DNA of 64,000 nucleotides from Octopus vulgaris (lineage: Eukaryota): NCBI GenBank assembly GCA_951406725.2, contig OX597815.1, positions 94,054,001 to 94,118,000 on the forward strand, written 5' to 3'. Positions 14,351-28,900 of this stretch are shown one piece after another (position 1 is the first letter of the stretch; every line of letters starts with the position of its first letter). A program made the position numbers and the translations under genes. Below the pieces are notes generated by a model, which was not told the origin of the DNA, ran no database searches, and worked only from the letters and a program-made list of their open reading frames with translations.

Positions 14351-17300
14351 GATGCATCTTGCATGAACACAGAAATTCAATGAGCACTCACTACACATCT
14401 GTACTGTAGGTGTAACAGCTGGGCCCCAGTGAAGCCTGCTGGTACAATTTTCCAAGCATGCACAGTAAGGGTAGCATCACCTCTCATCCAATGGATTTTA
14501 TCACATCTTGTATTTCCCTTTTTAAGAGAATAGGATGAAATCTAAAAGAATTTAGGCTGTTATTTATAACAGGAAACCCCCTCATTGAATTAAACAGGAG
14601 ATATTAATGGTACTAGTGCAATGATGGAATTGGTTGTTGATGAAGAGTAGAATTTAAAAAAAACAACAAAAAAAAAAAAAACACAGAAGGTATACAATTT
14701 ACAATTTTAATTACAAATCAATTATGACTAATGAAGCAGAAACTGGCTTTTATAGCTCTTTACTGAATAATTTGCTAAAACAAAACCAAAGGAAAAATAA
14801 GTTTGGAACAATAAAATTATATTTCAGGGTGTAAACAAATTATGAAGAGAAAATCTAACAGATTCTGAAAAGAAATTGTGGGAAGTTTGTTATATCTAAT
14901 ATATTATAAAAGATATGTGGGAAGAGAGGGAACAATAAATTATGTTCTCATACTATTGTTTTAACATTTCTTTAGATATGGAAATTTTGCTGTCATATTT
15001 CTATATAGAAATAGCTTGACTTTTTTTTCTTTTATATTTATTTTCACCAACCAGCTCAGTATAAATGAAAATAATATACTTGTTCTACAGAAATACTAAG
15101 AAGCCACATCACTTTTTTATTTATTTATTTTTTTACTGAGAGTCTCAGACAAACATATTTAAAAGTTTCACCACAGAAAATCTTCCAAGTCAAGTCAAAC
15201 CAAATCATTACTGAAAGATAATAGCAGAATGAGGAAACCTTCATATAAAGGTTTTAAAAATCAGACCTATAAATAGAAAAATAAAAAAAATGTTCTGTAG
15301 AAATTTAAGAGCTAGAATTGGTAGGATTGATATATTTAGTTCTGCTTTATGAATTATTGTAGGTTGGCAAATGGGAAAAGAAACTTGTAGATAAGGAAAT
15401 CCAAAGAGATGCAGTCTTGTAGGTAAAAGATTGTTTAACATTTTCAACAGTCTTGGGAGAAAATAGGTAGCAGGAAAGGTAGGTGTATTTGGCAGGTGCA
15501 GTATATTTTAAATGGGGCCAAGATAACATGAGCAAAATCAAAAAACAAAAATACAATGATTGAGTTGTTCATATCTCCAAAATAACTGCTTTTATGTTTT
15601 AAAATGAAGCTTCGAAATTATGTCCATATGACATACATTCCGAAAGCTTGTGCTATTCTGAATGAATCTGGGATATGAGAAAAGACCAACTGTTTTTGTT
15701 AAATTTTTGTTTAATCATGGAACATGGATTTCTCTTAATTCAGAAGGCTACATAGGTTATTGTATAGGGCTGGAAGAAAAAAAAAATCAACTTAATATTT
15801 GGCAACAATACAAGGAGAAAGTACTAGTGAGGCAGTCAATGGAATGGAAGACTGAGAAGATGTCTACTATAAGGCTTCAGGGAGGTTACATGGCAAAAAG
15901 ATAAGAGAGAAATTCAGGTTAAACTAATCACAAATATTTCTCTAAAACAAGAGATAAAGTTTCAAGCATTATCAGATTTTTTTCTTTCTGAGATAGTTAG
16001 GGCAGCATTTTCACATCCCCTACCCAGTTACTTTTGACACCAAGGTAATTACTCTGAAATATTGTTGATTCTATATAATAAATTTAGTACTTTCATAACC
16101 AACACAAATTCCCTGCCAATGAGGAAGCCTCTATGGGATCACTCAACTTGCTAAATATAGCAGTTAAAACTGTCAAACCCCCTTCCCTCGACCATTTTTA
16201 ATAAGAAAAAGTAACCAGAGACAAATGGAAAAAGATGGGAGGTCATGGTTGGATGCATTTGACTCAGAAATCTACCTAATCAGAATTAACTTAGGTTAAA
16301 CAATGATTGAACATGAATGAGTGCCATCTATATATTAATATAATGCTTCTAGAACCAGATCATCAGTATATTGGAGTTCCCATAGACAGCCATCTTAAAC
16401 TTCTCTGGCCTTTGAACTACGATTAGAAGAGGACTAAGGGCTGAGTCTAGGTGGACTCCAACCCTCATACTAAATCCATCACCGAAGTGGTCGACTTTCT
16501 ATTTTGTTTTTGTGCATGGCTTATAGTCCTTACAAACCATTCATAAATGCTTTGCTTTTTTAATAATCACCAAATTATTATACATGGTAGCCTAGCAAAC
16601 ACCTTCTCCAAGTCAACAAATGCCAGGAATAATGATTTACTCATAACCCTTTTTCTAGCAGTGGTCTCCCTAGGAAAATAGCATCTGTGGTACTTTTTTT
16701 ACAAGAATGAAGCCAAACTGCATCTGATCTAGGTTTACCCTATTACAAATCGCGCACGCGTGTGAAGTTGTGTATGCAGGCATGCACATATGATTATGTT
16801 TATATCAATCAGCATTTCCTTTTTCATCCTATTTTTAATGTACCACCTTTAAGATTTGTTATACCTACCACTCCTTTCCTAACATTTGCCATTCTCTCCA
16901 CCATCACCATAACAGACAATTACTGTTCTCAGTTTCAGGTAGAGAAATCTGTAGAAACCCATGGGTTTTGCTAGTCTATATAATTCAATCAAGTTAACCT
17001 TCAGTAGGACAAAATGTTTAAGAGAAAACAGTTGATTCTGTAAGCACTAATAACAGTCAGCAATAAGGATTTTTTAATTAGCGTTAAAGCTTAAGGTAAG
17101 GTAAATATCAGAAGCAGCAGTAGATAAACTAACTGGAAAGAAGTTCACTATTTCACCTATCTCACAAACTATGTCTAGAATATCTGAAACCAGAGATTTT
17201 TTAGAGAAAGGGGAAAGACAGTGTTGTGAATTTCATGCCTTTCTTAATACATTATTGATAAAAAGTAAAGTGATATGACTAAATGGGAACCCAAACCAAG

Positions 17301-17677
17301 TTGATTGCTTACCAGAGTTAGCTTAAAAGATAGTGACTGCCAAACTGTTTCCTGTTTTTTTTTACCACTAATACAATAGCTTCTGCTTATCAGAGATTAT
17401 CTACCCCCACTCCCTCATACCAAGCCCAGCCTCCCCACTAATAACTCTATGCAATCATTCCTTGCAAGAGCAACACTCCACTCTTTTTTCTATCACAATA
17501 TAAACTGAACATAATTAATTTCATTAACCTCACCCATATTCTCAATCCTCTGGTCTAAGAAGATTACATACACTGCTCTGACCACAGACTTCTAAGAGGT
17601 AAATTGTTATTTTAGTTTATTATAACCTTTAGTAAAATAACATTGATTGAGAGAATATGTGTGTGTATACACACACA

Positions 17678-18710
17678 GAGGGTGTAACAGGTAAATTGGG
17701 ACAAATTTTAAATGGATATATTTCTAATTGTATAGATTTTGTTGGAGTCTAAATTTTAAATATTACCAGCTTGAATAATCACTTGTACTATTTTGTATTC
17801 AGATTGAACAAACTATGAATGTTGAATTAAACCATAGATGTGTAATTGCTGAATTATTCCACTTCAGCAAAAGTGCTGGCGAAAGTGTTATAGTCACAAA
17901 GTATGCCAAATTTATTGTTTTTAGAGTTGTAGCCAATTTGAAGAAAGGTCAGGATGTTCAAAGAAAGCCTCACAGTCCTTGTAGTGGCAAAAAATGCACA
18001 TCTTGCTTCTTAACAGAACTTAAAAGAGTGAGTCAAATCCATCAAAATCAATGATGGAGTTGGCTCCAAGATGGAGGAATCAGTAAAATGGCCATTTCTA
18101 GGGCTGTTAGGCAAGACCTCCATATGAAATCATAACATCCTAACTACCCACTCCAAAGCCATTCGAGCTGAAAGAAGTCCTAAACTTCTTAGTCATCTGA
18201 AACATAGTGGCGGATGTATCCACATCTTCATAGATGAAAAGAAATTCATGGTGACGAAGTTGCAGACTGTCAAAACTCACGAGTGATAGTATAAACCCTT
18301 CCCAAGTTCCTTCAGCTATGCATAGCAAGAACCTGGCTTCCTTTATGGTTTTTGGAATTGTTACAAGTGATGGGAAATTGATGCCTCTCACCAGATTCGA
18401 ATCCATGTGATTTTTGACTATGGGGCACAGTTGAAGCAATATCCAACGTAACTTCTCACAACTGTGCCTTCACTGAAGGTTTCGATCAAGTGAGCATTCA
18501 GTAAAATGAAGAAAGAAAGAAATAGTTAAGGCATGCACATCGTTTCATAAACAAATTGAACTGGTAAAGAAAGAAAATGGTGGTCACATTGAACTGAAAT
18601 AAGTGCTAAACACTCCACAATAAATTGGCATAAACATAAAATTTGCAGTGTTTGATTTTCCAAGTTATACCAATTATAATAAATGATCCTAATTTACCGG
18701 TTACACCCTG
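17678..18710 (+). mobile_element. Tc1/mariner (maT/DD37D-like) element, internally deleted
   Basis: About 30-bp TIRs (gagggtgtaacaggtaaattgg / cctaatttaccggttacaccctg); transposase pieces MNVELNHRCVIAEL, IFIDEKKF and FMVFGIVTSDGKLMP. Confidence 0.8.
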
Positions 18711-18713
18711 TGA

Positions 18714-18752
<39 letters not shown>

Positions 18753-18789
18753 CACACACACACACACACAGAGGGCAGCATCACTGCTA

Positions 18790-19340
18790 AGCAGTGATGG
18801 AAAATGAACTTTTCTCTTTTATGGTATATATATATAAAAAAAAAAAAAAAAAACCCACCATATCTGCCCAGAGTTTCCCTGTACCAGATTCCCCAGACAC
18901 ATTTCTGGCTCTTTAACCACCCTCAATGGGAAACATTGGAGAAAGAATACTCGGCAAATTCAAAGCAGGAGCTTTATCTAAAAATAGTCAACATCAGTGA
19001 CCGAGTTGCACTTGTGGACTGCCTGGTCGAATAAAAAAAAAAACAAACATCAGCACCAAGCAATGATGAAGAAGAAACGAACATATTTTAACTAGCCTAA
19101 GGTTCATATATTCCTCATCACTGCTTGGTGCTGAGGCTGCTATTTAGACCAGTCACCAGTGTTGATTGTCTTTAGGTAAAGCTACAGCTTTGAATTTGCT
19201 CAAGGTTATCTCTATTCAGTGTTTCCCATTTAGGGTGACTAAAGAGCCAGAAACACATCTAGGAGAAGTATGGGGTAGATATCACGTTTTTACTCCTTTT
19301 ACAGTAAAAGAGAATTTTTTTCCATGGTAACTGCAGTGAA
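18790..19340. repeat. Long imperfect inverted repeat (fold-back element)
   Basis: Arms match in several blocks, e.g. tttctggctctttaaccaccctcaatgggaaaca, gcaaattcaaagc and tcagcaccaagcaatgatga. Confidence 0.85.
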
Positions 19341-21049
19341 TTTGCCTTTGGGAGTTGCAATATGTCACAAACATTTTAACTAAATTAAAGTCCATACACA
19401 CACACACTAGTCCAAAGATCTATCGGTGTATGGATAATGAAATTGATAATTCAACAACTATTTTAAATGTGACAATTGAATGCTTGTATGACTGTACAGT
19501 TAGGGTTTGCTTTGCAACTATGCAGTTTTTAGTTCAATTCCACTGTATGTAACCCTCTACTATGACTTAGGGTTAATCAAAGCTATACGAGTGAAATTTG
19601 GTAAACAGCATTCTATATACAATGAAGTCTAATTTAAATTCCAGTATGTTCCTCTTCAGCTGGAGTAGAATTAGCCATTTAGATAATGATTTTTCTCTTA
19701 ACAGTGTAATTTTAATTAAAACTAATTCATTATCTGTGTATCAGAGCTTACTAATAGTTGACTGAAGAGGGATACTGTCAAGGGTACTCACTTTATGAAC
19801 ATACAAGACTTATAGACGAAAGGGTTAACTGGAACCTTGACTAACAATAATAAATATATAAAGATTACCAATTTTGGTTTCTTACTGAGAAATATTTAAG
19901 ATCTGTCACATCAGTGATGACTCAGCATTTAGGTTTATCTGAGCTACATTCCTGTCAAAATGTAGGCATGGTAGTGTGGGTAACAAGTTTTTTGGGGTTC
20001 AGTCACGCTACACCTTATGCAAATGTTTTCTACTAGTCTCAAGCTGATCGATGCCTTTGATTAAATTTAAGAGTTGCTGTATGCATGTATACACAAGTTT
20101 ACATATATGTGTGAATGTGTATGTTTGTTTATGTTAACATTCACATATCGTAGCAGTTCAGCAAAGACAATAAGTACCAGATTTATAAATACTGGGATTG
20201 ATTTGATCAACTAAATCCTTGAAGGTGGTGATGCAGGAAGGGTGCAGTCCAATTACTGAAATAAGTAGAATAGTATCTATTATTTGCTCTCCATGGTTTT
20301 CTTTAACTGAGTCTCAATCAATTACAGATATAACTGAGAAACAAAACATTGGTCAAAAGTTATGACTCGATTATCAATGAAATGCATACACAACATCAAA
20401 GTTTGGTGGGTTTCTTTGTGGTTGAGTACACCAGGTAGTAATGGGCTCTGACAAATGGAAAGACAGTGGTGGAACAGACATCCAATCCATTCCAGTATGT
20501 AAAATGGACATAAAACAATGAAAAGAATATAACCCTTTAGTATTCAAATTTCTGCCAAATATTGTGGCTTAACAAGGCAACCAATGATTTCATGTGAAGA
20601 AATGTTCATAATTGTTCAGGTGTACCATATGGAAATGTTGGTACTCATCTCCATTTGGGATGGTGACATAATCAAAAGCTTTAGGCTTACTTTGGTTATT
20701 GTGTGATGACCCTGGCCAAGGGTTATTTCTTCCTGTTTTCTTGTCTTATAATATGAGCCACCAAATGAACCTGTTAGAACTACAGAAGTTGTTCACAAAA
20801 TATAGTCCGAGCAACATGGCTAAAAGTCTGATCATTGTTGGATAAGAGCTGGTCTAGGATTAACACTGTACAATTGTAAAACAATTACTCCAACAGTAAA
20901 GACATTGTGCAAATGGAGGAGCGAAAAAAAAAACATAACAGTAACATCTTCGTAAAAATTTATCAAACCAAAATGTTGACAATCTCATAGCAATATAGAA
21001 AATAGTTTCTGTAAACAAATCAGAGGTTAACAGACTGTTAAATACCCAG

Positions 21050-21455
21050 AGGGTTGGCATCTTGTACCCAGTGAAGTTGATGGCTTCAGTTTTTTGAGAA
21101 GCAGAAGGCATTATGTTTATTGACCATCTTCAAGTTCTTGATTTCAATGGCTGCTGTGTATGACTGTGGTTTTGAACTGGTTGATCACCCTCTCTATTCT
21201 CCATCTGATTTGGCCCCATCTGACTCCCCCAACATGAAAAAACACTTGGCTGGGAACCAGTATCACTGTGATGATGATGTATCTGCTGTTGATCTTTTTT
21301 TACCAACATGATGAAAGCCTTTTTACTAGCAGGATCCAAGCACCTCAACACCAATGGAAGAAATGTGTGGACTGCAAGGGGGACTATGCTGGAAAATAAA
21401 CTCATTTGGTCCATGAGAGTATCTTAGATTATGAACTTTTTAGCTGACCCTCATA
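21050..21455 (+). mobile_element. Mariner 3' fragment
   Basis: FELVDHPLYSPSDLAPSD (YSPDLAPSD motif) and TIR-like aactttttagctgaccctcata. Confidence 0.8.
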
Positions 21456-22319
21456 TGTACACACACACATTTTTTTTTAATGAAGTGCAATAAGTGTTTT
21501 GCCACCTACTGGAATTTGTAAAGCACTGCTTGAGATTTAACTTGTTTTGATGAAAAAACAAACAGTGTATCTATTACATACACAATACTGAAATGGGTTG
21601 ATCCTTTCATGACTTTACAATTAACAAAAACCATTAATGCTCTATTCACTTTCCACATCATATACATGCAGACATCCTGTATTACATGTATATGTATGTA
21701 TCCATATTCACGGCATTGTATAGACAAAAATGGGAAGTTGGTCAACCAAACAAGAAATGTCAATACTGAATAAATTCTCACACAAATCAGAATTGTTATT
21801 TTCTTGTTCAGTGCAATAGTTCTCAATGAGACAGTTTCATATGCTTTACTGGCTTCCAAGATTACAAATATGTAACAAACTCATTCACCCCATTCATTAA
21901 AATGTACACTATGAAAAGCTTTCAGAGATGCTCATTTTCTTTCTTCTTATTCAATACAGGAATTAGCAAGGTGGCGCTTATCAATAAATAGGTTTAACAT
22001 AAGTTATATTTTTAACAACAAAAAAATTACAGAGGGTGATATTTCTCAAAAACCTAAAGAAAGGTCATAAATATTTTCTGTTGTAGTTTGTGGGCAAGAG
22101 ACAGCTCTGCTGGCATCAGTCTGCTTAGCTGACATGTTCTACCCATACTTCATAAATGAAAGGACAAGCTATTGCTTCAACAACATATAAATGTCCAAAT
22201 TTGCATGCACCATCCCATCTATGACAAAAAGTATATAAATGTCAACCCCTCCACAAAACACCAATAACATTTAATGATAGGAGTATTAAATGTTACTCTT
22301 CATTATGTTAGCATTATTA

Positions 22320-22680
22320 GATCATCGTTTAACATCTGCCATCTCCGCTAGCATGGGTAGGTTGGTTTCACAAGAGCTGGCTAGGCAGAAGCCTGTATGA
22401 GACTTCTGTGACTGTTTTGGCAGGATTTTTACAGCTGGATACCCTTCCTAACACCAACCACTCAGCAGAGTGAACTTAGTGCTTTTTACGTGGCACAAGT
22501 ACAGGCAAGGTCAGTTTTGGCAGGGTTTTTACAGCTAGATGCCCTTCTGAGCATCAACCACTTTACAATGTGGACTGGGTGTTTTTAAGTGGCACCTGCA
22601 CTGACAGGGTCACCAAGTACTTGCAAGACAAAATAAAAACTTTCAAGAGGGGAGGGGGCATTGGAGGAGGTGATCATGCG
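22320..22680 (-). mobile_element. RTE 3'-end-related repeat
   Basis: Reverse complement of the repeat at 11590-11910. Confidence 0.7.
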
Positions 22681-23536
22681 TCACATTACAGAATAGTTTG
22701 GTGATCCTAATTAATAAAGGATAGCTTATTTTACAAAAGTGCACAACCAACCAGTAATTTAATGATAGGATTTATTCAAGACTGATGCACATAGTCTCAA
22801 CTGATGTATACTGGAGAAGAATGTAATACACTGGGCAGAAAACAGGAAAGCTGATACTTTTCAAACGAACTCTCTTGTGACCTCTTTTCTGTACCGAGTT
22901 ATAGATACTCTCTTCTCATTTTCGTGCCAGGAATTCACTAAACCAGTGACTAATCTAAATTAATTCCTAGTTTACAATAAAAATGATTAAAAAAATAAAA
23001 GATTTTCATTTCAAATTAACGTTCATTTATAAAATAAAATTCAAAAGAAATAGTCTATTTGTTCATTGACACATTTTCGTTATAACCCTTATTTAATACT
23101 GGACGTTTTTTTCTTTTCCTTTCTAGAACCCCGCGAAAACTTACTACGTTGCAGAAATTTACAAGAAAAAGTGAAGATATTTTTTTCATGATGGAAAAGC
23201 CGAAGTCTTATTTTTGGCAAAAATTTTTTTTAGAATAAACAAATTTGGGAGAAAATGGTGTGGGGGGGGGGTGTCTTTCCGAAAATTTTTCAAGGAAAAT
23301 CTCATTTCTTGCAATTAACTTATTTCCACTTCCATAGGTATCCATCTATACACAATGCGAGTCTTCAGTGAATTTCATATGCACAAAAGAAACAGAACGT
23401 CGTATATGGTGGCATAAGGGCCTATTTACTGCGAATCCTACTCTTTGCAAATAACATTCGATACAATTTACGATTTTTAAAGTCATTGTTTGCTCACATC
23501 AATGTAGTCAGAATATTTTGCAGATTCAACTTCAAT

Positions 23537-23577
23537 AATGGCTATCGGACCTTTTCTAAAAGGGTCCGATAGCCATT
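23537..23577. repeat. Near-perfect palindrome (about 19-bp arms)
   Basis: aatggctatcggacctttt-ct-aaaagggtccgatagccatt. Confidence 0.85.
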
Positions 23578-25325
23578 GAGCAGATTTTAAAATTTATTTA
23601 AAATTTGCACACCGCCAATGGCAGAGATAAGAGTATGTCAGCCTTACATGTAGGCCATGGGAAAATGTGAAGGAAAAAAAAAAATTATAAATTGCTAAAA
23701 GCTTTAACTTTTCGGTAAGACTTTCGACAAAGAAAATACATTTACTTTCAAGGTATCCAGGAAGCGAAGAAATACCGAATGCTTTCATTGTATTCATGAC
23801 CTCGTATCAATTCTCTAGTCAAACAAGACAACTCAAGAATATAATGCCACCGCTTAACACCTATCGTTATACAATTGCTACACTGACCACACGTGTCAGT
23901 GTAATCTAGCATGTGTCGAGCAACAAGCCAAATAGCCCGTTTAGTAGGTTTTGCAGGATATACTTATTGCAGCGGTGAACCTCAGCAGTAATTTCTTCCA
24001 TATTTAGTGCGATTGGAAGTGAAATAAATGTTGATGCCCACACAGGACTTCGCATTATTTTAAAATACGCGTTAAGAGCAGTCGATTGGCAGAAAATTTA
24101 GAGCATCGGAAAAATGCTTTATGATATTTCTTCTGGCTTGCAACTTTCCTAGTTCAAATCCCGTGGAGTTTAGATTTGCCTTTCATCTTTGGTGAGGTAG
24201 ATAAAATAAAGTAGCTGTCAAAAACTAAGATCAATATACAATCGACTAAACTTAAAAGTAGATTTAAAATGTGCTTTAGACGAAAGAATTCAATAATGAA
24301 AATATATCTTTCATTTGTTCTTATACGACGGTAAAATAGGAACTGAACGACGACGCTAAAATTCACTCCAATTACGATAAAAACGAATCCTACTACATAA
24401 GGTACTACAGTTTAAAAGAAAGAGAAATAATTCAAATGGTCTAATGACAAATTTAGATACTTCTGATAGGTGATGTACTGAACGACAAAATAAAAAAAAA
24501 ACTTTAGATAGCAATCTAAGTTTTACATTAAGCAGAGGCAAAGTGTTTTTGGAGTACCACGTGCATTGGTCTACTCGATCAAGACAAGCCAAGGCAACAA
24601 CTATACTTTATCAGTACTAATACATCATTTTCCTTCCTTTACATGTTCTCACATTGATGCCGTGAGTAGTACATACAGTTAATGAAGTAGTTTCAAATTT
24701 ACAAGTGAAGCAAATGTTAAATTCATTAAATTCAAATAGATTATCAAGTTAATCAGCCATTTGCCTCAAAGCGTCTAACCGGTTTAAGAGAATAATTTGG
24801 TAACTCAATGAATGAAGAGAAAGAGAGGATGCGTATGTGTAATGGGGCATGTATTCTTAGTAAAAAATTTGAGATGAAACAGCAAGTCTTGCCCAAGAAA
24901 TAAGGACAAGAACCATAACGGTATCGCGAAAGGAATGAATATGCTTTACCGTGTAAGAGCAAAGTTGATTCGTTATGTACTAGAGAATTTTGTAGGGATG
25001 GCTAATGAGAGATGTTACCTTACATAGAACCTCCTGGAAATAGATTCTTTACTTCTCGACTATTTTCAATGGGAAAACTGAATAAGAGACTCATTCGAAA
25101 CGAGTGACATTTTAGCTATGTAAATTATTTGTCACAAAAAATATTTTTTAATCTCAGGATAGAAAAGCTAATCCAGTCGACATATGATCAATGACATTCA
25201 AACCGTGATCATCGCACTTTTTGTCAGGCAGCGGTCTGTATCAGTTAATGTCTTTCCTCTTAATATGTATGTGATTTTAAATAGATTTCTCTGCTATTTC
25301 TACTGGGTTGAGCCATCATGTCCAG

Positions 25326-25551
25326 TAGCGGTCCCCAACTTTTTCTGCACCACGGACAGATTTCATGCAAGATTATTTTTCCACGAACCGGAGGATGACG
25401 CACATAAAACATTAAATGCATAATAATTTTAATTATTACATAATACAAACACCCTGTTGACTGTGAGAGTCAATAAAATAAAATTTTTAAATTCATTCTT
25501 TCTGTGCGGCTCAGTACCAAAACGATCCACGGCCGATGGTTGGGGTTCCTG
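25326..25551. mobile_element. hAT (Charlie/MER1-like) MITE
   Basis: Ends tagcggtccccaac and ggttggggttcctg. Confidence 0.65.
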
Positions 25552-26002
25552 ATGGGACCCCTCTTTGGTTCGTTTTGGAGGGTCGAGAAACAGTTTTTTT
25601 TTATTCAATAATACATACTTGAGATAAAACTTAGAACCGAAGATCTAATAGAGTTGTAAGGAAAAGTTAAATGAATTCTATAAAACAAGAGTCGCACAAA
25701 ACAAGTTGTCACATACGTAGAAAATATATCGATAAAGCAAAGTAATTGACACTTTCAGGAAAAATTGAAGGTTTAGACATAGTTACATTGTTTGCTTACT
25801 CATATAGCCACAGCTAAGAAAATAAGCAGCAACGTGGTCACTCAATATGCTAGAAATAGCAGCCAAATCGCTCTCAAATCATACCGTATAGTCTTGAAAA
25901 AAACAGAAACTGGAAAATGTGATCCCAAATGCAGTAATTGGAAAAAAGACTCAATAGTCATGCCAACTGGAATGTTCTAAACAAACACACACGGATATAT
26001 TA

Positions 26003-26336
26003 GTGTGTGGTAAGAAGATTGCTTCCCTAACCACATGGCTCAGAGTTCAGTCCTTACTGCTGTGGCACCTTGGGCCAGTGTCTTCTACTATAACTGCGAA
26101 CCAACCAAAAAACCATGAATGGATTTGATAGACCGAAACTGAAAAAAATTCGGTCCATCACCACTGCTTGACAACCGATGTGTTTTTGTCTCCGTAACTT
26201 AGCGGTTCGTCAAAAAAGGCCCGATAGAATAAGTACCAAACTTTAAAAGAATACTGGAGTCGTTTCGCTTGATTAAAATTCAAGGCATTGCCCCAGCTTG
26301 GCTGCAGTCTGATGACTGAAACAAGTAAAAGATAGA
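26003..26336 (+). mobile_element. Near full-length octopus-type tRNA-derived SINE
   Basis: tRNA-like head (gtgtggtaag..., gagttcagtcc) plus the conserved body/tail shared with many copies in the window. Confidence 0.8.
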
Positions 26337-27151
26337 ATATGACGAATTTTGTATCTCGCGGCGATCTTTGGTTTTAGGAACATATCTGCAGACCAAAGAT
26401 CACCTATTTCACATTATAAAGCACATGTAATTGGCCTTTAAAAATAATAAAGATTTCTAACTTTTTATCCCCTTGGAATGAATATCAGTCACGATTAAAT
26501 TTTTATTTCGGTATTTTTTATCATTTTACAATACTACACATTCCGAAACACTTGTAATTTCCCATTTTACAAAAATATTTTTAAAATCCACATTTATCAA
26601 ATTTCTTAACACTTCATTGCGCTTTTTTTTTAATGTTTATATAACCTATATATATATATATATATATAATTATTCTAGAAAAAAACAAAACATTTTTAAC
26701 ATCATCCATACCTCGCGCCACCAACCACCATTTTTTTCATCTTTCCTCCTTTTCCCACCTTAACTTTTGCTGTTCGATAAAAACGTTTTTCTATAAGACA
26801 ATTAGATAAATTGATTGATCTGTTCATAGTCGCTGGAGCTGCGGTGCCCCAGCATGGCCGCACTCCAATGACTAAAAAGAATATACTTTTAAATTAAAAT
26901 ATTCTTTCGATTTCCATCTACCAAATCCACTCAAAACACTAGCGCTATAGTAAAAAAAACAATTGCCCAAGGTGCCGCGCAGCGGGACTGAACCTAAAAG
27001 CACATGGTTGGGAAGCAAGCTTCTTAACCATGCAGAATGTCTTTACGTGCCTGGCATCTCTTTTTTACTGTATTTCTTGTGAATTTCCAATCGTTTTTAG
27101 ACCCTCCAAGGCTCAGACTTTGCCTATTGTACATTTTTTGGTCTTAATTTC

Positions 27152-27230
27152 GGCGAAGATAAAGAATACTCACACCCGGTGGTTAGGGTTACGCCGAAAA
27201 CGGATGGCGTGCGTATTCTTTACCTCCACC
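27152..27230. mobile_element. GG-terminated mini-MITE (Merlin/MULE-like)
   Basis: 25-bp TIRs; imperfect 9-bp TSD cttaatttc / cttagtttt; internal ggttagggtta. Confidence 0.6.
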
Positions 27231-28836
27231 CTTAGTTTTTACCTTTCACAAACTATCCTAATGGGCAATTGTCATCTACAAATATTTTTTTTACCAAATT
27301 TCGTAGCAAAAATGAGAAGCAACAGTGAAAATCCCAGATTTTAATAACTATATAAATTAACGTAGATTACTTTTTCTTATGTTTGTATATCAAACGCGCT
27401 TGTGTGCGCGCGCTGGAACTTGCATCAGTTTCGACGAAGGGTATTAGCGTTGTTCAGTAAGAGAGCTTTCAACACTGAATTTATAATGCAAGTCGCTGAA
27501 TATGCCACAAAAACTTGTACTCTTCATACAATGTTCAAACAGAATTACCATGTCACAGTGTGACAAGGCTGACCTTTTCAATTACAAGAGCAGTTCATCC
27601 AACGAGCTTCCGCACAGTTTCCGTCTAACCAATTTCACTTACAGAGCCTATTAGAAGACATTTGCCCCAAATTCCACGTAGGTAGATTGAAACTGAAACC
27701 TCATTATGAAGCAAACTTAAACGTTTGGCAATGCCTGCACTCATATTTTACATAGAAGTATAAGAACATAGCTCTCTCTCTCGCACACACTCCTTCACCC
27801 TTCATGCAGATACGAAGAACAGTGGTAAGACAATTTCGGTTTTCTACATAGAGAAAAACAACAAAAAAATCTGAAGCAGAATGACAAAGGACGATGTATG
27901 AACCACGAGCTATGTCAATTCGAGTGGTTAAAAAGTTCTAACAACATGGGCTAGACTGCTTAGCATCGACAACAACCACGAACTGTGAGGACCCAAGATA
28001 AAAGGCATTCCTGCCATGACCATCCTGTCTTTTGAAGAAATAGAGTGTATGACGGTGGAATGTAATTTGATCGAGATTTGGCTACTATTTCTAGCACATC
28101 GAAGAACCACATAGAGCATCCACATGGCTTGTCCAGGACATGAGTGAAGTGGCTCTTGGGATTATACGAATTATATTGGACATTAAAATGACGAAGAATA
28201 CAATAGAGGTATTGTGTAGACAATAAGCTTTTGATGTTTTTTTTCTTTCAGTTTGTATGATGTACCGAAAAAGCAAACTTTTAAGAAGCACTAATCCCGG
28301 CTAAAAACTGAAGCTTGATACGGAATCAAATTATCAATTAACTCAAGTTTCGATGAAAAAAAAAAAAGAAAGATTAATGAAAACTAATGAAATTATATCT
28401 ACAAACATAGCACAGCGAATATCTAAATATCTTCATATGAACTTAGTACTTTTCTACCGAAATTTTTTCAATATCAAGCAAGACTTGACTGTATTCATTG
28501 TAGGAACTATTTATTTCTAAGGCAGTAACGGATTCTTTAAGAGAGAAAATCGTCACCAATAGACTGACACAGCGTTAAAGATTATAAAATTATCACGAAG
28601 ATCTAGATAAATGTTAAACATCTATCTCTAGTATACTACTTCAAATTATCTTTACTGATAACTAATTTTTAAACAAAATTAAAGGTCAGAAATATTTAGA
28701 ATACAAGATAACACTGTCTATTTCAGTTCCATAAACGTGTAAAACGATGGAGTACCTATATTTCGAAGTAAATTGACTTCTAGGTAAATAAGCATTTAAT
28801 AGTTTAAAATCATTTTTTAAAAAAAGGGGGGGGATC

Positions 28837-28900
28837 GGTATTACTTAAATACAGGTCTCGTAGGGTTAATTTTTAAGGACCTCTGTAATTAAGTAGTACC
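28837..28900. mobile_element. GG-terminated mini fold-back
   Basis: ggtattacttaaatacaggtc / gacctctgtaattaagtagtacc with tagggtta in the loop. Confidence 0.55.

Noticed and set aside
19790-19845. Apparent 49-nt minus-strand exon with GTGAGT donor, in phase with the 30099 exon
   Set aside because: Contains TTAA-ccctttcg, a piggyBac-type terminus, so more likely a repeat end.
26003-26070. tRNA-like A/B boxes
   Set aside because: SINE heads; no full cloverleaf, so no tRNA gene called.
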